From positions 4,152-68,151 of the forward strand of contig JAUIKU010000001.1 in the NCBI GenBank assembly GCA_030430675.1: a stretch of DNA of 64,000 nt. The letters run 5' to 3'. Origin of the DNA: Bacteroidia bacterium (lineage in GTDB: Bacteria > Bacteroidota > Bacteroidia > Cytophagales > Cyclobacteriaceae). The notes below the pieces were generated by a model. That model had not been told where the DNA came from. It searched no databases and saw nothing but the letters and a program-made list of their open reading frames with translations. Shown here in pieces: positions 8,134 through 17,995 of the stretch; positions within the stretch are counted from its first letter, which is position 1; every line of letters begins with the position of its first letter. The position numbers and the translations under genes are program-made.

Positions 8134-8432
8134 AGGAAATAGCCCTGGGAGAGTTGGGGCTTACTGTTGATGAGTTCTACTTCAATTATACCTGGTCGCG
8201 GCTATGGAATCATTACCGGGGGTTCAAGAGAAAAACAGAGTTAAACCTGGTCTTGCAGCGGGCAATATTTGCTGGGTTAGCCGGGAAGCCAGGGAAGGAG
8301 ATTTGGCCTTTTAGTATCGATGAGGAGGAGAGTAACAAGTTTGAGTTAATGACTAACCAAGAAGTTGACGACCACTTTGAAAAACTAGCAAAAAAATTCG
8401 GGGCAAAGCTACCGAAGAAAGATAATGTCTGA
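8085..8432 (+). CDS. Tail assembly chaperone, -1 frame extension (T-like part of the G-T fusion; track lists 8154..8432)
   Basis: The -1 frame is open across the G stop codon. The arrangement matches the conserved G/GT strategy of long-tailed phages. Confidence 0.6.
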   Translation, partial: REGGEKPPSPRTWSQIEEIALGELGLTVDEFYFNYTWSRLWNHYRGFKRKTELNLVLQRAIFAGLAGKPGKEIWPFSIDEEESNKFELMTNQEVDDHFEKLAKKFGAKLPKKDNV

Positions 8433-10074
8433 TTTAGCGGCGGAAATAGGAGCGGATATTAGTGAGTTAAGGCGGGACATGCGCCAGGCACTCGGAATCA
8501 TTGAAAATTTTGAGAAGGACGCTACCCGGAACACTAATAATTTAGGAGATGTCTTTAAAGGTGTCTTTGCCGGCACTATTGTAGCTGATTTCGCTCAACA
8601 AGGAATACGGGCTATTCGTGAAATGGTGGTTGAGGGCGTACACCTTGCTGATGTAATGGCAGGGGTAGAACCAGCCTTTGAAAGGTTGGGGGACCCGTTG
8701 TTATTGAAAGATTTAGTTGACGCTACGGGTGGGGCGGTTACTAACCTGAACTTAATGAAGCAGGCTGTCCAGGCCAATAACCTGGGCTTGCCTATTCAGA
8801 CCCTTGCCAATCTATTTCAGGCAGCGTCTATCAGGGCGCGAGAAACGGGGGAATCCGTTGACTTCTTAACTAACTCCATAGTAACAGGTATCGGACGTAA
8901 AAGTCCGCTTATATTGGATAATTTGGGCATCTCGGCAGCCCAATTAAAAGAAGAACTTGGCGGGGTTTCTGTACAGGCAGCAAGCATTGGTGAGGTTGCC
9001 CAAGCTGTGGGAAATATTTTCCAAAAACAGATGGGGGATATGGGAGGCTCTGTTGCCGATGTGGTCAGTGAGGCCGATAAGCTAAAAACCGCTTTCACCA
9101 ATATTGCCACCGAAATAGGTGCAGCCCTACATCCGGCAATAACCACCGCCCAGAAACTGCTTGCAGATTGGCTTACAGAAGCAAAAGAAGCTATCCAGTT
9201 TGCCAGAACCGGGCTTTCTCCATTAAGTGGCACTGATGTACAGGAAATAGAGGAGCTAACACGGGCTTTCCAAAAAATGGGGGACGCGGCACGGGCCGAA
9301 GAATACGATCGCTTACAGGGGGCTTTGGCGTTAGCTGAAGAAGATGTTGAAAAATTCTCGGAAGCCTTAAAGCAGGCTGAATTTGAAAGAGCGAAGCGAG
9401 GTCTGGGAGGGTTTAGTACCGAGGTGGAGGCTGCGGAACAAAAACTAGATTCGGCACAAAAAGCGGTTTTAGCAATAAACACGCTGTTTGATAACTATGA
9501 AACCATACTCAACGGAGTTAAGTCCAGCACGGATAACCTTGCAGTTTCCACCGATACCCTAAAGGGGTCTTTTGATAAGTTATTTGAGCTTGAAACCTCT
9601 CCCTTTGGAGATTTTGCAGCACAGCTAAAGGCTATCCAAGATGCTCAGAATGAATTCAACCTATTGCAGGATATCTCAGGCTTGGCGGTTGGGCCTCCCC
9701 CTTCAGAAGCAGAAATAAACCGCTTTGTGGCAGAGAATGCCCCTGAAGAAGAAAAGATTACCGAATCTCTTATTAAACCCATCGAAGATGCCGAAAAGGT
9801 AGCCCTAAACTATCAATCTACCCTTTCAAGTCTATTCCAGACCATTTTTACCGAAGGCACCAAAGCGAAAGACATATTAGCTGAATTGGCCACAGGATTG
9901 ATTCCCGGTTTGCTGTCCAGCATCCCGATAGTTGGGCCTGCCCTCGGGGGGATATTTGGCGGTACGGCAAGAGGAATATTTTCTGAGCCCGGAAGTGTGA
10001 TATTATCCAATGGCGACATACGGGCTTCCATAGCATCTAATTCACGCACCAGGGACAATTTTGGAGGGTTCTAG
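8425..10074 (+). CDS. Tape measure protein
   Basis: At 549 aa it is Ala/Glu/Leu-rich and helical, with a Gly-rich hydrophobic segment near the C-terminus (…GLIPGLLSSIPIVGPALGGIFGG…). Its position is canonical. Confidence 0.8.
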   Translation: MSDLAAEIGADISELRRDMRQALGIIENFEKDATRNTNNLGDVFKGVFAGTIVADFAQQGIRAIREMVVEGVHLADVMAGVEPAFERLGDPLLLKDLVDATGGAVTNLNLMKQAVQANNLGLPIQTLANLFQAASIRARETGESVDFLTNSIVTGIGRKSPLILDNLGISAAQLKEELGGVSVQAASIGEVAQAVGNIFQKQMGDMGGSVADVVSEADKLKTAFTNIATEIGAALHPAITTAQKLLADWLTEAKEAIQFARTGLSPLSGTDVQEIEELTRAFQKMGDAARAEEYDRLQGALALAEEDVEKFSEALKQAEFERAKRGLGGFSTEVEAAEQKLDSAQKAVLAINTLFDNYETILNGVKSSTDNLAVSTDTLKGSFDKLFELETSPFGDFAAQLKAIQDAQNEFNLLQDISGLAVGPPPSEAEINRFVAENAPEEEKITESLIKPIEDAEKVALNYQSTLSSLFQTIFTEGTKAKDILAELATGLIPGLLSSIPIVGPALGGIFGGTARGIFSEPGSVILSNGDIRASIASNSRTRDNFGGF

Positions 10075-12128
10075 TGATTAGCGAACTACGATATCGAGCC
10101 AACATCAAAAGCGAGAATGACCGCCACTGGCGTATATGGGTATATGTACCGGGTACCTCCTATGTTGTATCCAACAACAATGCTGCCCAGTGGTATAACG
10201 AGAATGGAGAAGGTGTATATCAAATAGGGAAATATATTAACACCGAAGTAGGGCATAGTTGGATAGTGTCAGGCAGCCAGTATGAATCTAATAACGGACG
10301 GCTAAAGTTCATAACGCAAATAACTACTGCGGGCAACGGTGATAAGAAGTATCATTTCTCTGATACGGTAACCGAAGGTTCAGAGCCAGACGATATAACA
10401 ATTAACGTGGAGCCGGTAGTGGAATTTGACACGTTAGAACCGATCTGGCAGCTAGGAAGGAAAACCAATATTTCAGCAACCAATATCACCAGCAAGTTTG
10501 AGGCCATCCAGCCAAGCGAGTTTATACTCCCCATGTTTGATCCTACCGGGGATAGTTATTCTGACATCTTCGAGGCCGGTCACCAGCAGTGCATAGTGCA
10601 GATATTCGAAGGGGTACTAAACTACCAGGACCCTTACTGGACGGGGCGAAGTGTGGCCCAGGAATGGAAAGAGCGGGCTCAGGATGTATTGTACTACAAG
10701 GAAGCGGTGTTTAGCTGTGGGTTACAATCGGCCTCTGAGACGGGGTTTCACTGGCAGGACAACCCCGATGGCAACCACAGCTGGATGAAGACAATTAAAA
10801 ACTGCTTCGCTGATGGTGCCGGGATTGCTTTACCTATTCATGAGAACATTAATATCTATCGCACTACTGATGATACAGATGATAACGACAGTGTATTAAC
10901 CCAAAGGGATTGGAGCATAGAGCGGTATTTCGGCCGGACTTTCCTAGACCCGGTTAGAGATATTATGCAGCAGACCGTTTCAAGGGTGTTCCAATGGAAC
11001 GGTGCATGGATACTGCAAAGGATTAATGAGCTATCAGGGGAGTATTTGCAAAGGAGTTTCGATGCTGACGGGGTATTTGTTTCCTCTCAATGGCTGGGAA
11101 GTTCAGCACAGAATATAGGATCCGTAGAGCAGTCCAGGGACAGCAACTTTATAATTACAGTGGGTGCTGCTCCTAAAGTGGTTGTTACTTATGATGGATA
11201 TTATCCGGAAGAAAACGCAGTTGTAAACGGGTGGTTTGAAGAGTGGGACAACGAAGGCAACCCGCCTGAAAGCTGGTCATTAACAGGGACCAACTTCATA
11301 GAAAGGAGCCTGGTTAGAGAGACAGGGAGTTACTCAATTAAGATAACGCCTACTTCCGGCGTATTCAACTACTTGCAACAAACTTTATTAGCCAGAACCG
11401 AAGGGGAGTTGACCTTTGTTGTCAAGCCGTTTGCCAATACTCCCACGGTGATCGCCCAGCAGAACAACGTTCTTTTCTGGTCCCTGCAAAACAACAGTAC
11501 CGGGAATTGGTATGATTTGGAGAATGATAACTGGTCAGCGGTAGAGGTCAAGAACGATTTGACTTTACAATTCAGCCAGACCTCCAACAGATTTTACCAA
11601 GTAAACTACACCATTGACCAAGACCCTGCCGGGGGTGGCACCTTTTCGACACTCAGGATTTATGAAAGAACTTTTACCGGAGGGGATGGCGTCTACCTAG
11701 ATAGGGTCACTTATTTGGATGCCAACAACGGAACAACGGTAAGCGGAGAGCCTATTTTTGATCCTAGAGAGATTCCTATTGAGGCCACTAATAACCCGGA
11801 GGAAATCGGCACGGATCCAGCCGACATACAGTACAATGTAGGGCAGCCCATTGATAATTGGAACCTGTGGAAACGAAGGGGAGAAAGCACGGGCCAGCAC
11901 CCCGCTCAGTTAATAGTTCAGACGCTAGAAGAGGAGTCCAACGAAAACCAGAAGGTGTTAAAGTGTGAATTTTCGCATGGGTTCTTAAACCTAATGCTGC
12001 CCATATCCTGGAAGGGAGACAGATATATCCAAAACGGAGTGGAGTTTAATTTGGCGAAAGGAACGTGGAAGGGGCAGTGGGTTCAATTGATTTCTTCACC
12101 TCACTATACTGAATTGCCACAGATATGA
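10074..12128 (+). CDS. Tail tip/baseplate protein with a carbohydrate-binding-like segment (putative)
   Basis: It follows the tape measure gene. The segment NGWFEEWDNEGNPPESWSLTG…YSIKITP resembles CBM-type jelly-roll starts. Confidence 0.5.
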   Translation: MISELRYRANIKSENDRHWRIWVYVPGTSYVVSNNNAAQWYNENGEGVYQIGKYINTEVGHSWIVSGSQYESNNGRLKFITQITTAGNGDKKYHFSDTVTEGSEPDDITINVEPVVEFDTLEPIWQLGRKTNISATNITSKFEAIQPSEFILPMFDPTGDSYSDIFEAGHQQCIVQIFEGVLNYQDPYWTGRSVAQEWKERAQDVLYYKEAVFSCGLQSASETGFHWQDNPDGNHSWMKTIKNCFADGAGIALPIHENINIYRTTDDTDDNDSVLTQRDWSIERYFGRTFLDPVRDIMQQTVSRVFQWNGAWILQRINELSGEYLQRSFDADGVFVSSQWLGSSAQNIGSVEQSRDSNFIITVGAAPKVVVTYDGYYPEENAVVNGWFEEWDNEGNPPESWSLTGTNFIERSLVRETGSYSIKITPTSGVFNYLQQTLLARTEGELTFVVKPFANTPTVIAQQNNVLFWSLQNNSTGNWYDLENDNWSAVEVKNDLTLQFSQTSNRFYQVNYTIDQDPAGGGTFSTLRIYERTFTGGDGVYLDRVTYLDANNGTTVSGEPIFDPREIPIEATNNPEEIGTDPADIQYNVGQPIDNWNLWKRRGESTGQHPAQLIVQTLEEESNENQKVLKCEFSHGFLNLMLPISWKGDRYIQNGVEFNLAKGTWKGQWVQLISSPHYTELPQI

Positions 12129-12595
12129 TACAGCAGGTAAAACATGGCGCGGTGTTGAGGTTGTTTGTCAACAATGAAGTGTTGGCATTGGCTAAGAACT
12201 ATACTCTAACCTGGACCACCGAACCGGTAGAGCGAACCCCTTCCAATGCCGGGAAATGGCGAAGTGTGAGGGGTGGTAAATGCGGGTGGTCTCTGTCAGC
12301 AGACTATCTAATAAGCAAGACCGAGGGGAACCTTCAGCGACTAGTGGGATGGTTTAAGCAAGGGGATTCGATCCCATTTACAATGGATGACACTGACAAC
12401 GAGATACATGACTATTTCGGTGACGGATTGATAACAAATATTCAAAAAACTGCTTTGTCTAACCGGTGGGCAGGATTCAACTTTCAGGTATTGGGTGACG
12501 GTGAGCTTAATGATGTAGCTCCAGAACACCAATTAGCTGTTGATGAGCTTGTTGATAATTGGGTTGATGAAAGCGGACTATTTATGGAGGGATAA
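12125..12595 (+). CDS. Phage tail-associated hypothetical protein
   Basis: It is coupled to its neighbour by an ATGA overlap. Position only. Confidence 0.4.
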   Translation: MIQQVKHGAVLRLFVNNEVLALAKNYTLTWTTEPVERTPSNAGKWRSVRGGKCGWSLSADYLISKTEGNLQRLVGWFKQGDSIPFTMDDTDNEIHDYFGDGLITNIQKTALSNRWAGFNFQVLGDGELNDVAPEHQLAVDELVDNWVDESGLFMEG

Positions 12596-12598
12596 GCT

Positions 12599-12970
12599 AT
12601 GCCATTTACTATTGACGATAAGGGTGCCGTTTCTTCGCTGGTTGACGGGGATTATATCCCGGTATGGGTGACCAGTTTAGGGCAGCAGAAGAAAATATCA
12701 AAAACCAACATGGCTAGCCAGCTGGGCGCGCTGGCTAAAACTCCGGTAGCTAATCAGGCGGTTTTAACCGCGCTTGAAATCAATGATCTTTCTAACGGAG
12801 AGATACGTGGGGTTGAGGATGTAAGGAAAGTTTATCAGTGGCAGGAAAACGCTACAACAGGAGACTTAGAGCCTGACGATAAAGGAAACCCGGGAGTTGA
12901 TCCGGGGTACTGGATTGATATTACAGGTGGCGGTTTTGATGGAAACGACGAAGCACCACTAGGAGGATGA
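12599..12970 (+). CDS. Tail fibre-like small protein (putative N-terminal anchor type)
   Basis: The N-terminus …VSSLVDGDYIPVWVTSLGQQKKISKTNMASQLG resembles fibre attachment N-termini. Confidence 0.4.
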   Translation: MPFTIDDKGAVSSLVDGDYIPVWVTSLGQQKKISKTNMASQLGALAKTPVANQAVLTALEINDLSNGEIRGVEDVRKVYQWQENATTGDLEPDDKGNPGVDPGYWIDITGGGFDGNDEAPLGG

Positions 12971-13704
12971 GAAAGCTCTGGAAAACCATATTAGCAAAAA
13001 AACAAGGTTCCTTTAACCCTATTATTCTGGGAGCAAACTTGCTTGCCCTGTGGGATGGAAACGACCCGTTATTGCCTGCTGATGATGCCGATGTTCTGAC
13101 TTGGACTTCTTTAGCTTCCGGTGGGCATGTAGCCACTTTCGGGACAGGAGATCGCGGGGTCATGAAAACCGATGGAAACGGGAACCGCTATTTGCAAACT
13201 GGTGGCGTTGCCAATGGGATTGTGGATTTAACTACAGGGCTAACAGAATCAGTAGGAGATTATTACACCATCTGTGTAGCGAAATATACCGGGGCTCTGG
13301 GTCCAACACCGGGACAGGGAAGAGCCTTTGATATTGGCGGTACCGGAAGGCACCTTTTGGGTTTGCCGGGAAACGTGGCTGATGAGGTTGGTTTCTTCGC
13401 AAATCCCGGGCCTGCTTTTGAATCAGGCGGAGCGTTAAACGGTGATTTACACATTTATGAATCTCGGTTAGAGTCTCCAAACTTCATTTGCTCTGTAGAT
13501 GGGGTCGAGGTAGTCAATGTAGCTACTTATTCCTCTCAGCAGATACTAGGGCCAGACGGAGGGACCATGGTACTATGCGATCAGGAAAACGGGGCGCAAG
13601 GAACACCGTTATTGGGTGATTTCTATTACCTGGGGATTGGAAAAGATTTAACAGCGCAGCAGAAAAGCGACTGGTACAGTATGGTTTCAGCAAGATACTT
13701 ATAA
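12967..13704 (+). CDS. Tail fibre-associated protein, possible lectin-like (ConA/LamG-type) fold
   Basis: The call rests on position and Gly-rich, beta-rich composition. It is weak. Confidence 0.4.
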   Translation: MRKLWKTILAKKQGSFNPIILGANLLALWDGNDPLLPADDADVLTWTSLASGGHVATFGTGDRGVMKTDGNGNRYLQTGGVANGIVDLTTGLTESVGDYYTICVAKYTGALGPTPGQGRAFDIGGTGRHLLGLPGNVADEVGFFANPGPAFESGGALNGDLHIYESRLESPNFICSVDGVEVVNVATYSSQQILGPDGGTMVLCDQENGAQGTPLLGDFYYLGIGKDLTAQQKSDWYSMVSARYL

Positions 13705-13706
13705 TT

Positions 13707-16103
13707 ATGGGAGTAACGCCATTACAAATACGAAGGGCCACGATGGCCGAGATAGATGCCGAGGCGGGGGCCGGGTATGTTGGAAGCCCTGTTTTATCAT
13801 CTGACGGGGGGTATTTGATTCTTCAGGATGGTTCTACACCAACTAACCAACTTGAAAAAATAGCCCCCACTGTTCAGGTCAATGTCAAACACTACGGGGT
13901 AAAAGAAGATTACACTGCCTTAGCCGATGTGTCCACTTCTGGAACGACCTTAACTAAAGTTGGGGGCGATGCTTTTACATCAGCAGACGTTGGAAAATCA
14001 ATAGGGTTTAATTGGGGTTTTGATCTGAATGCAAACGGCCATATGCCGGGAGGTGGTTCCAATCCAGGGCCATTTCCTACTCCTACCGTGGTAGCTGACA
14101 TTACTGCCCGTGATGCGTTAAGTCCTACTCACCAGGACATGGTAGAGGTTACGGATCCTTCAGCCGATGTAGGGGTAAACCTTCCGGCAGACTGGACCGG
14201 GAAAGCCTTTTATCTGAGGGTTTATACTACCTGGATGTGGGTAAACCACAAGGCCCGCCATTACACTACTATCGCAAGTATAACAAGTGATGACGTGGTA
14301 GAGTTAACCGATGCCCCGGATATAGACGTTTCAAATGTGACGGGATTCTACGCTACCGACAATTTCACAGCGGTAAGAACCTTGATAAATCAGTTTCCCG
14401 GTAAGAAGTTGCAGGTGTTCTTCCCTAAAGAGGCTTCAGGATATTATGTAGCCCCTCAGAGCGGGGTGTACTGGAACTTCACCAATGAGAATGTTGAATT
14501 ATTCTCTAATGGGGCTACTATCTACATTCAGAGCAGCCCTATTGCGGTATCTACTTTCATTTGGCCAGCAGGCAAAAGCAATATATCTATTAAGGGGCTA
14601 AAGTTTGTTTCCTGGATGGATGGGATTTCTCAGGATGCTACCTATGCCAATTTTAATAATGCCAACCTGGTAGTAATACGATTAGGCAACTCATCTGGAA
14701 GTGCGGGATCTGTCAATGAAAACTATGAACTTAAAGATTTAGAGTTTACCAATGTCGGCAACCCATTAACAGTAAAAGAGCAGAGTTCAACGGCCCTATA
14801 CTATACTAAGAATATCAATGTTGATGGGGTGAAAGTTGTGAACGGAGTAAATCCGATTTTCATTCAACAAGCCGATAAGGTTAGGTTTAACAATACCGAT
14901 GTAGACCATGAGATTACCGGAGACGGCCAGCACCACTTCTACATATCTCACGGGGTATCAAATATGAAGGTGGAGAATACCATTTGTCGTAGAGGTCAGG
15001 GGTATAACATCCAAATACAATCTGCACAGACGACTTTACCAATCAAAAGTATCTCATTCAAAAATATTCAGTTTGAGGATATGGTGTTTGGGTTCGTGTT
15101 CTCAGGGAACGTAAAAGGGGTTTCTATTCAGAACTTTATCGCTACGGTTGACACCTCTTTGGGTTCTGGTTCCGAGATAGTGATAAACGTCAATAGTGCG
15201 AACTCTGACAGGACTGTCGATGGAGTGGTAATAGATGGAGGTGAGATCTCAGGAGGCGGTTGGCTTTACACTGATTTTGACACAGGGGCCAATGGTTATA
15301 ATGAAAACGTTACCCTGAAAAACCTAAAAATATTTGGTAACACTTCAGGGATATTTCACCGGTATGCCAACCTTACTGTTGAAAACTGTGAATTTATCGC
15401 GGACAATACTGATAACGCGATCTTACAAGAGTACGGACTATCAGCAGATAAGCGAGTAGTATTCAGGAATAATACTTATCGCTTAACCGCAGGGGCGGGG
15501 AATGCTCAAGGGTTCCGGTTACTCAATGGTGCTGCTGGCGGTGTGTTTGTTCAGGGCAATACTTTGATTCAAACCGGCTCATGGGATTCCAATGCAAGGT
15601 TCTTTAACCTGGAATCGGGATACGGTTCGTGGGGGGCGATCAATGACAACACTATTGAGAACACCACACTTATCACTAATGACGGGTCATACGATGTAAC
15701 CAAGAACCTAAAACTGTACAACAACTTCCTGACAGACGGGGCAGAGCCACTAGCGAGTTACGGAGTGGTTAGAAGGCCATACGACTTAACCGGTACAGCA
15801 CAAACATTGAACCGAACTTTCCAACAGAGGTTTACGCGAACCACTAACGGTTCAGAAGTTACAATCACAATAAACGCCGATGGAAGTACTCCGCTAACAG
15901 ACATGGAGGCGCCTTTCCAAAAGTGCGGGGATGGTGATATAGTTTTTGCCTTCAACGGGGCAATTACCGTGGATGGGGTAGAGACAAGCCCCGGGTCGGG
16001 GGAATACCGCCAATCTATAAAGGGTGGAGTGGTATGGTTGAAAAGGACAGGCGCAAATACTTGGAGCATTTGGGGAGCATCATTAGGAGTTTCAGGAGGA
16101 TAG
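13707..16103 (+). CDS. Tailspike / depolymerase with right-handed parallel beta-helix repeats (putative)
   Basis: Repetitive N/G/I-V rungs are present (…NISIKGLKFVS…, …NMKVENTICRRGQGYNIQIQS…, …VTLKNLKIFGN…, …LTVENCEFIADN…). These are typical of pectate-lyase-fold spikes. Confidence 0.65.
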   Translation: MGVTPLQIRRATMAEIDAEAGAGYVGSPVLSSDGGYLILQDGSTPTNQLEKIAPTVQVNVKHYGVKEDYTALADVSTSGTTLTKVGGDAFTSADVGKSIGFNWGFDLNANGHMPGGGSNPGPFPTPTVVADITARDALSPTHQDMVEVTDPSADVGVNLPADWTGKAFYLRVYTTWMWVNHKARHYTTIASITSDDVVELTDAPDIDVSNVTGFYATDNFTAVRTLINQFPGKKLQVFFPKEASGYYVAPQSGVYWNFTNENVELFSNGATIYIQSSPIAVSTFIWPAGKSNISIKGLKFVSWMDGISQDATYANFNNANLVVIRLGNSSGSAGSVNENYELKDLEFTNVGNPLTVKEQSSTALYYTKNINVDGVKVVNGVNPIFIQQADKVRFNNTDVDHEITGDGQHHFYISHGVSNMKVENTICRRGQGYNIQIQSAQTTLPIKSISFKNIQFEDMVFGFVFSGNVKGVSIQNFIATVDTSLGSGSEIVINVNSANSDRTVDGVVIDGGEISGGGWLYTDFDTGANGYNENVTLKNLKIFGNTSGIFHRYANLTVENCEFIADNTDNAILQEYGLSADKRVVFRNNTYRLTAGAGNAQGFRLLNGAAGGVFVQGNTLIQTGSWDSNARFFNLESGYGSWGAINDNTIENTTLITNDGSYDVTKNLKLYNNFLTDGAEPLASYGVVRRPYDLTGTAQTLNRTFQQRFTRTTNGSEVTITINADGSTPLTDMEAPFQKCGDGDIVFAFNGAITVDGVETSPGSGEYRQSIKGGVVWLKRTGANTWSIWGASLGVSGG

Positions 16104-16106
16104 ATT

Positions 16107-17231
16107 ATGAAGAAGATACTAGTTGTAATACTAACACTATTTGCCCTGCAAGGGTGGGCGCAGACAGATGACTACCCGCAGGCGGTAGAGGATTTAATTT
16201 ATAATCCTATCCATCTTGATTCACTGGAAAAGGCCATAACACTTAACCTTTTCTTAGGGCACTTCGCAGATTCGGCAACATTGGCCGGGGCGTTCACCGC
16301 CTCTTCTTACGATGGCTATTGGGGCTTTACAGATGATGCGCCGTGGCGCATATTCATTTCAGATGGTTCTAACTGGAATGCTATTGCCGGCTCCGGTGGG
16401 GGAGGCGGTGGAATATCCGATGTTGTAGATGACACTACCCCTCAATTAGGGGGTAATTTGGACGCCCAAACTTTCACAATTTCCAATGCCGGAAACATAA
16501 CCATGGACGGAACATCAACCGTTGACGGCATAGATATTTCAGTAGATGTTGCAGCTAATACCGCCAAGGTTTCAGAAACAGTTATAACTACCGAGACAGA
16601 AACCGGGTCAACCAGGACTTTAGATGAAAACGATATTACCCACGTCAAAAGAGGGCTAACCATTAATGCGGCACCCACAGGAACCAAGCTGGATATCACT
16701 TTTGATCCTGGAACAGCTAATGACTGGTTTGAGATCATTCTTATTACTTCCGGGGATTCAGTAGAGTTTGAGGGCAACGGGGTAACCATTCACGGTGATA
16801 CCTTAATGACCTTTCAGTATCAATATGCACTTGCCCGCTACATCGATGCCACCAATGTAGTGCTGAAGATAGAGCAGCGGGAGCGGATAGAATTAATCTA
16901 TGCTATCAGTGATGAAAGCACAGCAATAACGGCAACTACGGGTTTAGTGCCAGACTTAATTACTCAGGCTTTCACTTTAACTGAAGTGGTAGCTTTTTGC
17001 TCAACTGGCCCAAGCGGGGGAGCTATTGTGTTTGATATTAACCTGGACGGGACCACAACATTGAGCACGAAGCTATCTATTGATTCGGGGGAACAAAGCT
17101 CAAGATCGGCAGCCACACCAGCGGTTATTTCGGATTCAGGTCTAGGGAACAATGAGGTCGTAAGTTTTGATGTGGAGAGCTCAAACGGATCTCCCGTAGG
17201 GGCAAAAATCCACCTAATAGGCTACAAATGA
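16107..17231 (+). CDS. Secreted fibre-like protein with Sec signal peptide and a poly-Gly / DDTTPQLGGNLD motif
   Basis: The N-terminus is MKKILVVILTLFALQGWAQ. The GGGGGGISDVVDDTTPQLGGNLDAQ motif is one I recall from phage fibre-type proteins. Confidence 0.55.
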   Translation: MKKILVVILTLFALQGWAQTDDYPQAVEDLIYNPIHLDSLEKAITLNLFLGHFADSATLAGAFTASSYDGYWGFTDDAPWRIFISDGSNWNAIAGSGGGGGGISDVVDDTTPQLGGNLDAQTFTISNAGNITMDGTSTVDGIDISVDVAANTAKVSETVITTETETGSTRTLDENDITHVKRGLTINAAPTGTKLDITFDPGTANDWFEIILITSGDSVEFEGNGVTIHGDTLMTFQYQYALARYIDATNVVLKIEQRERIELIYAISDESTAITATTGLVPDLITQAFTLTEVVAFCSTGPSGGAIVFDINLDGTTTLSTKLSIDSGEQSSRSAATPAVISDSGLGNNEVVSFDVESSNGSPVGAKIHLIGYK

Positions 17232-17995
17232 GAATACTAATCTTTCTTCTTTTCAGTATTCAGGTTTACGGGCAAAATCTTGTAAACCCGTATCGGTTTG
17301 CTACGGGTCCCGGAACCGATCCAGGCGCCCCGGATGCTCATTGGGATTTTGACAATGATCTTGATGATGATATAAATACCTATACGGAGGCAGACGGAAC
17401 CGCAGTTGGTACAATGTCTTATAGTTCAGGAGATAAAGTAGAGGGTACTCATTCGCTTGATCTGGATGGGTCTACTAATGCGGTTCTTATCAACAACTCA
17501 GGTGCCACCGATGACTTCATGCACCAAGCAAATGAGGACATTACTTTTTCGGGATGGATAAAGGTTGACACCGATGGCACAGATTACATCATCCTTGATG
17601 AGGGTGGTCAAGGCAAAGGGATGTATTTAGGGATCGGGGCAGCCGATGTGCTGGAGTTTGAAATTGACCCATCCTCCAGCACGGAATACACGGGGTCTGG
17701 GTCTTACCCCACCGATAATGGGTGGCATCATGTCGCGTTTGTTCTCGATGGTAGCGCCTCTACAGTAATTGTTTACCTGGACGGCTCATCTCTGTTTACG
17801 GTTAACATATCACCAGATACAGACTTTGAATCCCACAACGATAATGGGGGCTTTGGCCAGGTACATCAAAGCATAGCAGAGTTTGGAGTTAGTGACCAGG
17901 CCAGAAAATTCGATGGACATTTTGATGATTTCAAGTATTGGGAGAGCGCATTAACTGCGGACAATATTCTATGGCTATATCATGAGCATGATTAG
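17228..17995 (+). CDS. Secreted LamG/concanavalin-A-like lectin domain protein
   Basis: The signal peptide is MRILIFLLFSIQVYGQ. LamG-type motifs TFSGWIKV and GWHHVAFVLDG…VYLDG are present. Confidence 0.65.
   Translation: MRILIFLLFSIQVYGQNLVNPYRFATGPGTDPGAPDAHWDFDNDLDDDINTYTEADGTAVGTMSYSSGDKVEGTHSLDLDGSTNAVLINNSGATDDFMHQANEDITFSGWIKVDTDGTDYIILDEGGQGKGMYLGIGAADVLEFEIDPSSSTEYTGSGSYPTDNGWHHVAFVLDGSASTVIVYLDGSSLFTVNISPDTDFESHNDNGGFGQVHQSIAEFGVSDQARKFDGHFDDFKYWESALTADNILWLYHEHD

Noticed and set aside
8817-9482. 221-aa ORF on the - strand inside the tape measure gene
   Set aside because: It is entirely antisense to a confidently called gene. Its Ala/Ser/Cys-rich low-complexity translation is the mirror image of the Ala/Glu-rich tape measure sequence. 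There is no independent start context.
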